Source: Armatimonadota bacterium (GTDB lineage: Bacteria; Armatimonadota; UBA10988). Taken from it: DNA of 28,959 nt. Shown here one piece after another: positions 1 to 7,272 of the stretch. Position 1 is the first letter of the stretch. Every line of letters begins with the position of its first letter. The stretch covers positions 1-28,959 of the forward strand of contig JACRKZ010000028.1 of NCBI GenBank assembly GCA_016235455.1, written 5' to 3'. The notes under the pieces are model-generated. The model did no database searches and was not told the origin of the DNA. It saw nothing but the letters and a program-made list of their open reading frames with translations. A program made the translations under genes and the position numbers.

Positions 1-328
1 CACGCCAGCCCTCAACCAGCCCGGAGACGGCCAGCGTAGGTAGAGTCGCCAAGCCCAGACTGCTCAGTTCCGACGCGCGGTCGGTCTCGACCACCACGCT
101 CTCACCGGGCGCCAGCGGCACGGGGCAAGCCGCCTCCGGCAGTTCCGCCAGCCACGGCGCAATCCGCCGCTCGACCTCCGCCGCCGTAGCCCGGCTGACC
201 CAGACCATGCCGCTCACGATGGCCACCCAGGCGCCGCGGCGGGTCCAGTCGACGGCAAAGACGTGGTCCCACGGGATGACCTGGCCGCGCCTGACGGCCA
301 GCCCTGCCTCGGTGATGCGTGCAGCCAT
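1..328 (-). CDS. Hypothetical protein, 5' part (runs off the left edge)
   Basis: Manual translation from ATG at 328: MAARITEAGLAVRRGQVIPWDHVFAVDWTRRGAWVAIVSG..., open to position 1. SD-like GGGGTGA lies upstream. Not in the ORF track because it has no stop inside the window. Confidence 0.6.
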   Translation of the reverse strand, partial: MAARITEAGLAVRRGQVIPWDHVFAVDWTRRGAWVAIVSGMVWVSRATAAEVERRIAPWLAELPEAACPVPLAPGESVVVETDRASELSSLGLATLPTLAVSGLVEGWR

Positions 329-407
329 GGAACTCGTCACCCCCGCGGCGTCCGCCGACCCGTCAAGCGCAACGCATCAACGAGAGGTTCCCAAATGCAA
401 AGCGGCC

Positions 408-482
408 CGTCTGTCGTTCCGCCTTCAGGCTCCCAGCTGGCGGCAGTCTGCCGGACAGCCGCCTGAAGGCGGGATACAAACG
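408..482. repeat. REP-like inverted doublet (extragenic palindrome); may also act as terminator for the FKBP gene
   Basis: CCGCCTTCAGGC (419-430) is the exact reverse complement of GCCTGAAGGCGG (461-472). The right arm CCGCCTGAAGGCGG is itself a hairpin. Inner hairpin CGGCAG-T-CTGCCG at 441-453. Confidence 0.65.
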
Positions 483-508
483 AGCCACTCTAAAGCGGGC
501 CAAGCGAT

Positions 509-1684
509 CTACTGATCGATGGACTGCAGCTCGATCCAGAAGATCAGATCGGCGTTGGCCGGGATGCCGCTGCCCTCGGGCGAGCGCTCACCGTAGGCCA
601 GCTTGGCCGGGATGAGGAAGCGCGCCGAGCCGCCGACCTTCATGAGTTGCACCGCCTCGGACCAACCGGGGATGACCTGGTCGAGGCCGAAGCTGGCCGT
701 CTCGCCGCGGGCGTGCGAGCTGTCGAACAGCTTGCCGTCGGTCAGCCAGCCGGTGTAGTGCACGGTCACCTGGTCGGTGGCCTTCGGGCTGGCGCCGGCG
801 CCTTCCTTGATCACTTCGTAGCGGATGCCGCTGGCCGTGTTCTTGGCCTTGGCCACGTCCACCTTGACGAACGCGGGCACAGGGTTGATGGCGACCAGCG
901 TGATCTGCCAGATGGTGGTGGCATCAGGCGGCACGGCGCGGCCCATGCCTTGCGCGCCCCAGGCCAGCTTGGCCGGCACTTCGCAGCGCAGCGTGCCGCC
1001 GGGATGCAGCAGCGCGGCCGCCTCGGGCAAGAACGGCAGCGTCCAGCGGCCGAGCCGCAGTTCACTGACCACGCCGCCCAGCGGGCCGCCCGAGCGGGCG
1101 TCACAGCCGAGCAGCTTGCCGCTCGTGTCCCACAGCGCCCAGCTCAGCGTCACGCCGTCGGTGGCCTTGGGCGCGTCGCCTTCGCCAGCCTTGAGTTCCT
1201 CATAGACCAGCCCAGTGCCGGTGGTCTTCTGCTTGGCCTTGTCGCCCGCGACGAACTCGGGCATGGGAATGCCCTTGGTCACGGCCAGCAACTCGATCTC
1301 GAAGACCAGGTCGGCCTTGGCCGGAATCGCCGGCGGACGGCCGTCTTCGCCGTAGGCCAGCGCCCAGGGGATGGTCACCGTGTAGGTGCTGCCGATCTGC
1401 ATCTTGGTCAGGATCTCGTCCCAACCGGCGATGACCCGGCCCTCACCCAGGTCGAACTCAAACGGCTGACCGCGGTCGCGCGAGCTGTCGAACTTCTTGC
1501 CGTCGGTCAGCGTGCCCACGTAGTGGACGGTGACCTTGTCGCCGGCCTTGGGCTCGGTGCCGGCCTGGCCGGCTTTGAGACACTGGTACTTGAGGCCAGA
1601 AGGGGTCGTCTGCACAGGTTCCTCCGCAGCTACAACGGAGGACGCGAGCAGTAGCAGCGCGAGCCGTCCGAGCAGTGATCGCAT
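509..1684 (-). CDS. Exported FKBP-type peptidyl-prolyl isomerase with three FKBP domains
   Basis: Start moved to ATG 1684 (AAGGA SD; signal peptide MRSLLGRLALLLLASSVVA). Domains 1 and 3 have VHYxG-L-DGKxFDSS, VIxGW, IPxxLAYG and IP-A-L-F-IEL. The middle domain is degenerate. Confidence 0.92.
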   Translation of the reverse strand: MRSLLGRLALLLLASSVVAAEEPVQTTPSGLKYQCLKAGQAGTEPKAGDKVTVHYVGTLTDGKKFDSSRDRGQPFEFDLGEGRVIAGWDEILTKMQIGSTYTVTIPWALAYGEDGRPPAIPAKADLVFEIELLAVTKGIPMPEFVAGDKAKQKTTGTGLVYEELKAGEGDAPKATDGVTLSWALWDTSGKLLGCDARSGGPLGGVVSELRLGRWTLPFLPEAAALLHPGGTLRCEVPAKLAWGAQGMGRAVPPDATTIWQITLVAINPVPAFVKVDVAKAKNTASGIRYEVIKEGAGASPKATDQVTVHYTGWLTDGKLFDSSHARGETASFGLDQVIPGWSEAVQLMKVGGSARFLIPAKLAYGERSPEGSGIPANADLIFWIELQSIDQ

Positions 1685-1745
1685 GGGTTGAGTCCTTTGG
1701 TCGCCGGCCCTTGCCTGTCTCAGGCCGTCGGCCGCGGCGCGCAAC

Positions 1746-1756
1746 AGCATAGCACA
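1746..1756 (-). promoter_or_regulatory. Extended -10 promoter for the FKBP gene
   Basis: TGTGCTATGCT (TGn-TATGCT) on the minus strand, about 60 bp upstream of ATG 1684. Confidence 0.4.
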
Positions 1757-1848
1757 CCGCGTCGGGCCAACGCGCGCCGCGATTGTTGAAGACGCCCCCT
1801 GCTTTGGGCGTACAATTGTCCGACATACCAATTCCCCGAAGGACCACC

Positions 1849-2925
1849 ATGCGCCCAGCCGACGCGCCGCACTCCCACGACGATGAGCGCCCCCTGCTCT
1901 CGCGCAACGGCCTCATCCACTCGCGCTGCTTCGCTCGCGTGGGCTTCATCGGCAACCCCTCCGACGGCTTCTTTGGCAAGACCATCGCCGTCTCCGTCCA
2001 CAACTGGGCCGCCGAGGTCATCCTCTGGGAGTCCCCCGAACTCATCATCGAGCCCAACCAGCACCACGACCCCTACATCTTTGAGTCCCTGCGCGACCTG
2101 CACACCAAGGCCACCCGCGAAGGCTACTACGGCGGCGTCCGCCTGCTCTATGCCGCCTGCAAACGCTTCTATGAAGAGTGCCTGCGCCACAACCTCATGC
2201 TGCCGCCGCGCAACTTCACCCTGCGCTACGACACCACCATTCCCCGCGGCGTCGGCCTGGCCGGCTCCAGCGCCATCATCACCGCCACCGTGCGCGCGCT
2301 CATGGCCTTCTACGGCGTACCCGAAGAGGTCTTCGGCAAGGCCAACCTGCCCAATCTCGTACTGGCCGTCGAGACCCGCGAACTCGGCCTCACCGCCGGC
2401 CTGCAGGACCGCGTCATCCAGGTCTACGGCGGCGCGGTGTTCATGGACTTCGACAAGGAACGCATGACCCGCGACGGCCACGGCCTGTACCTGCCCATGG
2501 CGCTGGACCTGTTCCCGCCCATGTACATCGCCATGGTCGCCGACCCCAGCGACTCCTCGGGCATCCACAGCCCGGTGCGCGTGCGCTGGGAACGCGGCGA
2601 CCCCGAAGTGCACGCCGCCATGGCCGAGTTCGCCGGGCTGGCCGAAGCCTGCCGCGGCGCGCTGGAGGCCGGCGATATCGACACCGTGGGCGAGCTGATG
2701 AACGCGAACTTCGACCTGCGCCGGCGACTCTATGGCGACGAGGCGCTGGGCCAGGCCAACATCAAGATGGTCGAGCTGGCACGCAGCGTGGGCGCTTCGG
2801 CCAAGTTCTCGGGCTCGGGCGGCGCCATCGTCGGCCTGTATGACGACGACCGCCACTTCATGAACCTCAGCGCGTTGCTCACCGCGCATGGGTATCAGGT
2901 GTTCAAGGCGCGGGTGCGGGACTAG
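1849..2925 (+). CDS. GHMP kinase, glucuronokinase-like
   Basis: GHMP P-loop IPRGVGLAGSSA. Motifs ARVGFIGNPSD, EGYYGGVRLL, AGLQDRVIQVYGG, PSDS, NFDLRRRLYGD and KFSGSGGA match my recollection of plant glucuronokinase. Start at ATG 1849 after AAGGA; TACAAT -10 at 1811-1816. Confidence 0.85.
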   Translation: MRPADAPHSHDDERPLLSRNGLIHSRCFARVGFIGNPSDGFFGKTIAVSVHNWAAEVILWESPELIIEPNQHHDPYIFESLRDLHTKATREGYYGGVRLLYAACKRFYEECLRHNLMLPPRNFTLRYDTTIPRGVGLAGSSAIITATVRALMAFYGVPEEVFGKANLPNLVLAVETRELGLTAGLQDRVIQVYGGAVFMDFDKERMTRDGHGLYLPMALDLFPPMYIAMVADPSDSSGIHSPVRVRWERGDPEVHAAMAEFAGLAEACRGALEAGDIDTVGELMNANFDLRRRLYGDEALGQANIKMVELARSVGASAKFSGSGGAIVGLYDDDRHFMNLSALLTAHGYQVFKARVRD

Positions 2926-3000
2926 CCATTCATGAACCTCAGCGCGTTGCTCACCGCGCATGGGTATCAGGTGTTCAAGGCGCGGGTGCGGGACTAGCCA
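2857..3000. repeat. Exact 72-bp tandem duplication
   Basis: 2857-2928 is identical to 2929-3000 (TTCATGAACC...GACTAGCCA). It copies the kinase 3' end, its stop codon and the spacer. Confidence 0.97.
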
Positions 3001-4073
3001 TGCTCAGGGCCGACCGCTATCTATGGGAAGAGGTGGTCACGCCTTTTCTGGTCGGCGTGCAGGTCATCCTCGTGCCCTTGCTGGGCGACAGCCTGTACTA
3101 CCTGATGAGGATGGTCATCGTTCACCATGTGGACCTGCTCACGGTGGGCCGTCTGCTACTCTTCCTGGTGCCGGCGATGATGTGCAACGCCTTCCCACTG
3201 GCCACCATCCTGGCCGTCTCGCTGGCCGTGAGCCGGCTGGCGCGCGAGGGCGAATGGAGCGCGCTGCGCTTGGGCGGCTGGGGCCTGGGGCGCATGGCAC
3301 GGCCCTTTGTCGCCTTTGGTCTGGCCGTGGGCGTGATGCACTGGGTCGTCTCGGAGCACCTGGCCCCGGCAGCCAACAAGGAGTTCGGCCGGCTGGTGAC
3401 GCAGATCAGCCTGCGCACGCCGACCGCCACGCTCAAGCCACAGACCTGGGTCAGCCCGGCCGGCGCCGGCTGGGCGCTCTATGTGAGCCGCATCGACGAA
3501 AGCACGGGCACGCTCTCGGGGCTGGTCATCTTCTGCGACCTGCAGAGCGACTTCCCCACGGTGCTCTCTGCCCGACAGGCGCGCTTCGGCGACGGCGAGT
3601 TCGCGCTGCAGGGCGTCGTGCGCCATGTGTGGCGGGCCGATGGCACGCTGGAGCGCGAGGGCGAGAGCGAGAGCGCGGTGTTCCGCGTCGGCCAACTGGC
3701 CGAGACCGCCGGCATTGAGATGCGCACCGTGCCCGACCCGCGTTCCGCCTCGCAGTTGCGCGAGGAGGTGGGCAAACAGCGCGGCAGCCACGGCACGCTC
3801 ATCGACCTGCACCGGCGCTATGCGGCACCCATGGCCTGCCTGGTGCTGGCGTTGCTGTGCATTCCGCTGAACCTGATGGGCGGCCGGCGCGCGGGCTATC
3901 TGGGCCTGCTGGTCTCGGCGGTGCTGGTCGTGGTCTATTTCCTGACCCTGCAGTTGGGCGTCTCGCTGGCGCGCAACGGGTTCCTGCGCGATGCGCCGCT
4001 GGTGGGCGTATGGCTGCAGAACATCATTTTCGGCGGGCTGGCGCTGCTGCTTCTCTGGCGGCAGCGGCGTTAG
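3000..4073 (+). CDS. LptF/LptG (YjgP/YjgQ) family permease
   Basis: N-terminal DRYL motif, three TM helices with RLAREGEWSAL, a beta-rich periplasmic region, then LHRRYAAP and three C-terminal TM helices ending WLQNIIF. Confidence 0.88.
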   Translation: MLRADRYLWEEVVTPFLVGVQVILVPLLGDSLYYLMRMVIVHHVDLLTVGRLLLFLVPAMMCNAFPLATILAVSLAVSRLAREGEWSALRLGGWGLGRMARPFVAFGLAVGVMHWVVSEHLAPAANKEFGRLVTQISLRTPTATLKPQTWVSPAGAGWALYVSRIDESTGTLSGLVIFCDLQSDFPTVLSARQARFGDGEFALQGVVRHVWRADGTLEREGESESAVFRVGQLAETAGIEMRTVPDPRSASQLREEVGKQRGSHGTLIDLHRRYAAPMACLVLALLCIPLNLMGGRRAGYLGLLVSAVLVVVYFLTLQLGVSLARNGFLRDAPLVGVWLQNIIFGGLALLLLWRQRR

Positions 4074-4099
4074 CCGCCGACGCGGCGTTAGCCGTCGTC
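4064..4099. repeat. Imperfect 18-bp tandem duplication at a convergent stop junction
   Basis: GCGGCGTTAGCCGCCGAC / GCGGCGTTAGCCGTCGTC (16/18 identical). Confidence 0.7.
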
Positions 4100-5032
4100 G
4101 TTCGGCTCGTCCAGGCAGAGCATGCCCTGGGCCCGCGGGTCGACCCCTTCGGGGAAGCGCGTCGGGCGCCATCCGCTCTGCGTGTAGACCGCCTCGGTGC
4201 AATCGGCGCCGTCAAGGATGGCATCGCGCAGGTCCACATAGCTCAAGTCGGCGCCATGGAGCCGCGTGCGCGCGAGATTGGCCTCGCGCAGGTCGCAGCG
4301 GGTCAGAATCGCGCCGCCGAGGTCAGCGCCCCGCAAGTCCACCCCGCGCAGGTTGGCGTAGGTCAGCGGCACGCCGCGCAGGTCGCGGCCGACTCCCGCG
4401 CCGGCCAGCAGCGCGCAGACCAGCCGCCAGCGTGGCGACATGCGCGTGGCAGCGTCGGTGAGCGTGCCACGGAGGTCGGACTCGGAGAGGTGCGCGCCCT
4501 CCAGGTCAGCGCCGCGCAGATCGGCCGAGGCCAGGCAGGCGCCGCGCAGATCCGCGCCGCGCAGGTCGGCCGAAGCCAGACCAGCGCCGCGCAGATCGGC
4601 GCCCTGCAGGTGCGCACCGGCCAGATCAGCGCCGCTCAACGCGGCCCCGGCGCCGCCTTCGTTGGCCAGTTGCCAGACTTGCCGCCACTTGGCCGACCAG
4701 GCCGTGTCGCCGTCGATGCGCGTGCCTCGCAGGTCGGCACCTTCGAGCCGAGCCTGGCCCAGGTCGGCCCGCCGCAGATCGGCGCCCTCCAGGTAGGCGC
4801 CGCGCAGATCGGCCTCGAACAGACCCGCGCCACGGAGGTCCGTGTCACTCAGATTGGCGCCGCGCAGGTCGGCGCGGTAGAGGTTGGCCCCGCTGAGGTC
4901 GGCGCGGCCGAGCTTGGCGCCGGCCAGATTGGCCTGCGCCAGATTGGCTTCGCGCAGCCGAACACGCCGCAGGTCGGCGCCGGCCAGGTCGGGCAGCCGC
5001 GCCATCACTTCTGCTCGTGTCCACTCGGTCAT
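4088..5032 (-). CDS. Pentapeptide repeat protein
   Basis: Long A(D/N)LxG tracts and a C-terminal TRFPEGVDP cap. Start at ATG 5032. Confidence 0.93.
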   Translation of the reverse strand: MTEWTRAEVMARLPDLAGADLRRVRLREANLAQANLAGAKLGRADLSGANLYRADLRGANLSDTDLRGAGLFEADLRGAYLEGADLRRADLGQARLEGADLRGTRIDGDTAWSAKWRQVWQLANEGGAGAALSGADLAGAHLQGADLRGAGLASADLRGADLRGACLASADLRGADLEGAHLSESDLRGTLTDAATRMSPRWRLVCALLAGAGVGRDLRGVPLTYANLRGVDLRGADLGGAILTRCDLREANLARTRLHGADLSYVDLRDAILDGADCTEAVYTQSGWRPTRFPEGVDPRAQGMLCLDEPNDDG

Positions 5033-5115
5033 CGACAACCCCTATGCTGAGTGTGGCGCAACCCGAACCTGCCGGTCCCGCGCGTCGTCACAATCTCCCA
5101 CGGACGGCGACAACC

Positions 5116-5973
5116 ATGCTCTCAGTCATTGTGCTCAACTGCAACAAGGCCGGCTACAGCGAGATGCTGCTGGACAGCCTGCTGGCCACCACGGGCGTGC
5201 CCATCGAGTTCGTGCTCGTCGACAACGGCTCGCAGGACCGTACCGGGGCCATGCTCGCCGAGTTCGCGCCGCGCGCCCAGGCCGCCGGCTTCGACTGCCG
5301 CATCCTGACCTTTGCCGAGAACATCGGCGCCATCCGTGGCCGCAACGAAGCCATGGCGGACGCGCGCGGCGAATGGTTCGCGTTCGTCGACAACGACGTC
5401 GTGGTCCGCGACCGCGACTGGGCCCAACGGCTCATCGCGCGCCTCGGGGCCGAGCCCGACCTGGGCATTGTATCGCCGAAGATCCTGTTTCCCTGGGAAC
5501 CCTACGACATCGAGTTCTGTGGCTGCGAAGTGACGCCCAGCGGACGCGTCATCTACCGCGGCCGCGGCGACGGGCGCGACGACCCGCGCTATGCCGATCA
5601 GGTCGACTGCCCGTGCCTGATCTCCGCCTGCATCGTCTTCCCGCGCCGTCTGTACGACGAGTTCGGCGGGCTCGACGAGGTGTTCAGCCCGGTACAGTAC
5701 GAGGATCTGGACTTCTGCTACCGCGTGCGCCAGGCCGGCTGGCGCTGCGCCGTGGTGCCGGAGGTGGAGATGTACCACTGGGAGCACACCACCACCTCGG
5801 GCACGGGCGGCATCAACTTCTCGCTGGTGACCCTGCGCAACGGCCGCACTTTTGCCAAGCGCTGGCAGGCCATGCTGGCGGCCGACGCCACGCAGCCGGA
5901 CGAGGCCGCCAAGTGGCGCGAGATCACCCGCTTCGGACTGGAAGACGTGCCTCATCCGCCGTTGCGGCGGTAG
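5116..5973 (+). CDS. Glycosyltransferase family 2 (GT-A fold)
   Basis: LSVIVLN, VLVDNGSQD, ENIG..GRN, FVDNDV (DxD), GGLDEVF and YEDLDFCYR motifs. Start at ATG 5116. Confidence 0.92.
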   Translation: MLSVIVLNCNKAGYSEMLLDSLLATTGVPIEFVLVDNGSQDRTGAMLAEFAPRAQAAGFDCRILTFAENIGAIRGRNEAMADARGEWFAFVDNDVVVRDRDWAQRLIARLGAEPDLGIVSPKILFPWEPYDIEFCGCEVTPSGRVIYRGRGDGRDDPRYADQVDCPCLISACIVFPRRLYDEFGGLDEVFSPVQYEDLDFCYRVRQAGWRCAVVPEVEMYHWEHTTTSGTGGINFSLVTLRNGRTFAKRWQAMLAADATQPDEAAKWREITRFGLEDVPHPPLRR

Positions 5974-5979
5974 CCGCGA

Positions 5980-6789
5980 CTACTTGATCCGGGCCACGTT
6001 GGCCTTGGCCCACTTCAGGCAGCGGGCGTAGCCGTCGGCATCGTGGCCTTCGTACTCGACGCACCACAAGCCGTCGTAGCCCACGGCCTTGAGCTGGCGA
6101 ATGGCATGGGCCAGGTCGATCTCGCCGTCGCCCAGCACGTGCCCGCGGTAGTTCTCGAGGCTGCCCGTGCCGTCCTTGAGGTGCAGGTGGACACAGCGCT
6201 TGCTGCTCATCTCGTAGAAGCGGTTGCAGCGCTCGATGCTGTAGCCCATCCAGCGGTAGTTCATGGTGTCCATGGTGGTACCGACCCACTTGGAGCCGAC
6301 CAGACCCAGCACCAGCATCTGGAAATAGGCGTCGTTGGTCACCTTGCCGTGGTTGTCCAGGCCCAGGTAGACCTCCATCTCCTCGAGGAACGGCACGCAC
6401 AGGCGGAAGCAGTTGGCCAGCGCGTCGGCCCAGCGGTCCTCGGGCACCTTCTCGGCAACCCAGCCGCCCTCGGCGCGAATGATGTCCGTGCCGAGCAGCT
6501 TGGCCAGGCCGCAGACGCGCTTCATCCGGTCCACCTGGAAGGCGATCTCCTCGGGATCCAACGTCAGGAAGTCGTTGCTCGCCGCCAAGGCGCCGATCGC
6601 GATGCCGCGGTCCTCGGCCATCTGACGGACGGCCACGGCGCGGGCCTCGGGGTCGTCACTGGGGTCGTCCTCGGTCCACACATCGCCGATCTGGAGTTCG
6701 ACGGCGTCGAACCCGGTCTGGGCTGCGTAGTCGAGAAACGCTTCGAGAGTGTCGCCAGGGGCGTTGTAGTGAATCAGACCGAATCTCAT
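5980..6789 (-). CDS. Sugar phosphate isomerase/epimerase (xylose-isomerase-like TIM barrel)
   Basis: GFDAVEL, LDNHG, DTMN, HLHLKD, GDGEID and GYDGLWCVEYE metal-binding motifs. GGAAGGAAG SD. Confidence 0.88.
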   Translation of the reverse strand: MRFGLIHYNAPGDTLEAFLDYAAQTGFDAVELQIGDVWTEDDPSDDPEARAVAVRQMAEDRGIAIGALAASNDFLTLDPEEIAFQVDRMKRVCGLAKLLGTDIIRAEGGWVAEKVPEDRWADALANCFRLCVPFLEEMEVYLGLDNHGKVTNDAYFQMLVLGLVGSKWVGTTMDTMNYRWMGYSIERCNRFYEMSSKRCVHLHLKDGTGSLENYRGHVLGDGEIDLAHAIRQLKAVGYDGLWCVEYEGHDADGYARCLKWAKANVARIK

Positions 6790-6895
6790 CGCACTTCCTT
6801 CCAGTGAACGTTGTTTCCCTGCCCGCTGGCCACCTCCTTCCCCGGCAGCGCCCGATTGTCGTCACAACGCGGTCACGCCTGACCGCCAAGTTGCG

Positions 6896-6924
6896 TTGCG
6901 CGGGCGCCCGTTCTCCCGTATAGT
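6896..6924 (+). promoter_or_regulatory. Sigma70-type promoter
   Basis: TTGCGC-17 bp-TATAGT upstream of the GGAG SD and ATG 6946. Confidence 0.55.
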
Positions 6925-6945
6925 CAGCGGTGGAGAAGCGAGCAC

Positions 6946-7266
6946 ATGGATGGCGGCGCGGTCGCCGGCGAGGGCGGCTACCAGACCGGCACGGAGACGG
7001 CAGAGCTGGCCTGCCCGCACTGCGGGGAGGCGGCGGCGCCATTTCAGGCCCTGTGCGGCAACTGCGGCGAGGCGCTGCCCGACGACGGCACCGCTGGCCG
7101 CGACTTCGTCGACGCTGAGGATCTGGGCGGCAACGGCGGCGACTGGAGCATGGTCGGGGTGCAACTGGTCGGCTATATCGCCGCGCTGGCCCTGGCCGTC
7201 ATCGCCGTGGCGGTGACCGTCGGCCCTTGGCTGTGGCGCCAATACACGGCGCTGGCACCTGGGTAG
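6946..7266 (+). CDS. Small zinc-ribbon protein with a C-terminal TM helix
   Basis: CPHC-x9-CGNC, an acidic linker, then hydrophobic LVGYIAALALAVIAVAVTVGPW. Promoter and SD are present. Confidence 0.75.
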   Translation: MDGGAVAGEGGYQTGTETAELACPHCGEAAAPFQALCGNCGEALPDDGTAGRDFVDAEDLGGNGGDWSMVGVQLVGYIAALALAVIAVAVTVGPWLWRQYTALAPG

Positions 7267-7272
7267 ACGACC

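Noticed and set aside
4200-5000. 15-bp periodic DNA repeats resembling an array
   Set aside because: Fully explained by pentapeptide-repeat coding. There are no unique spacers and no cas genes, so this is not CRISPR.
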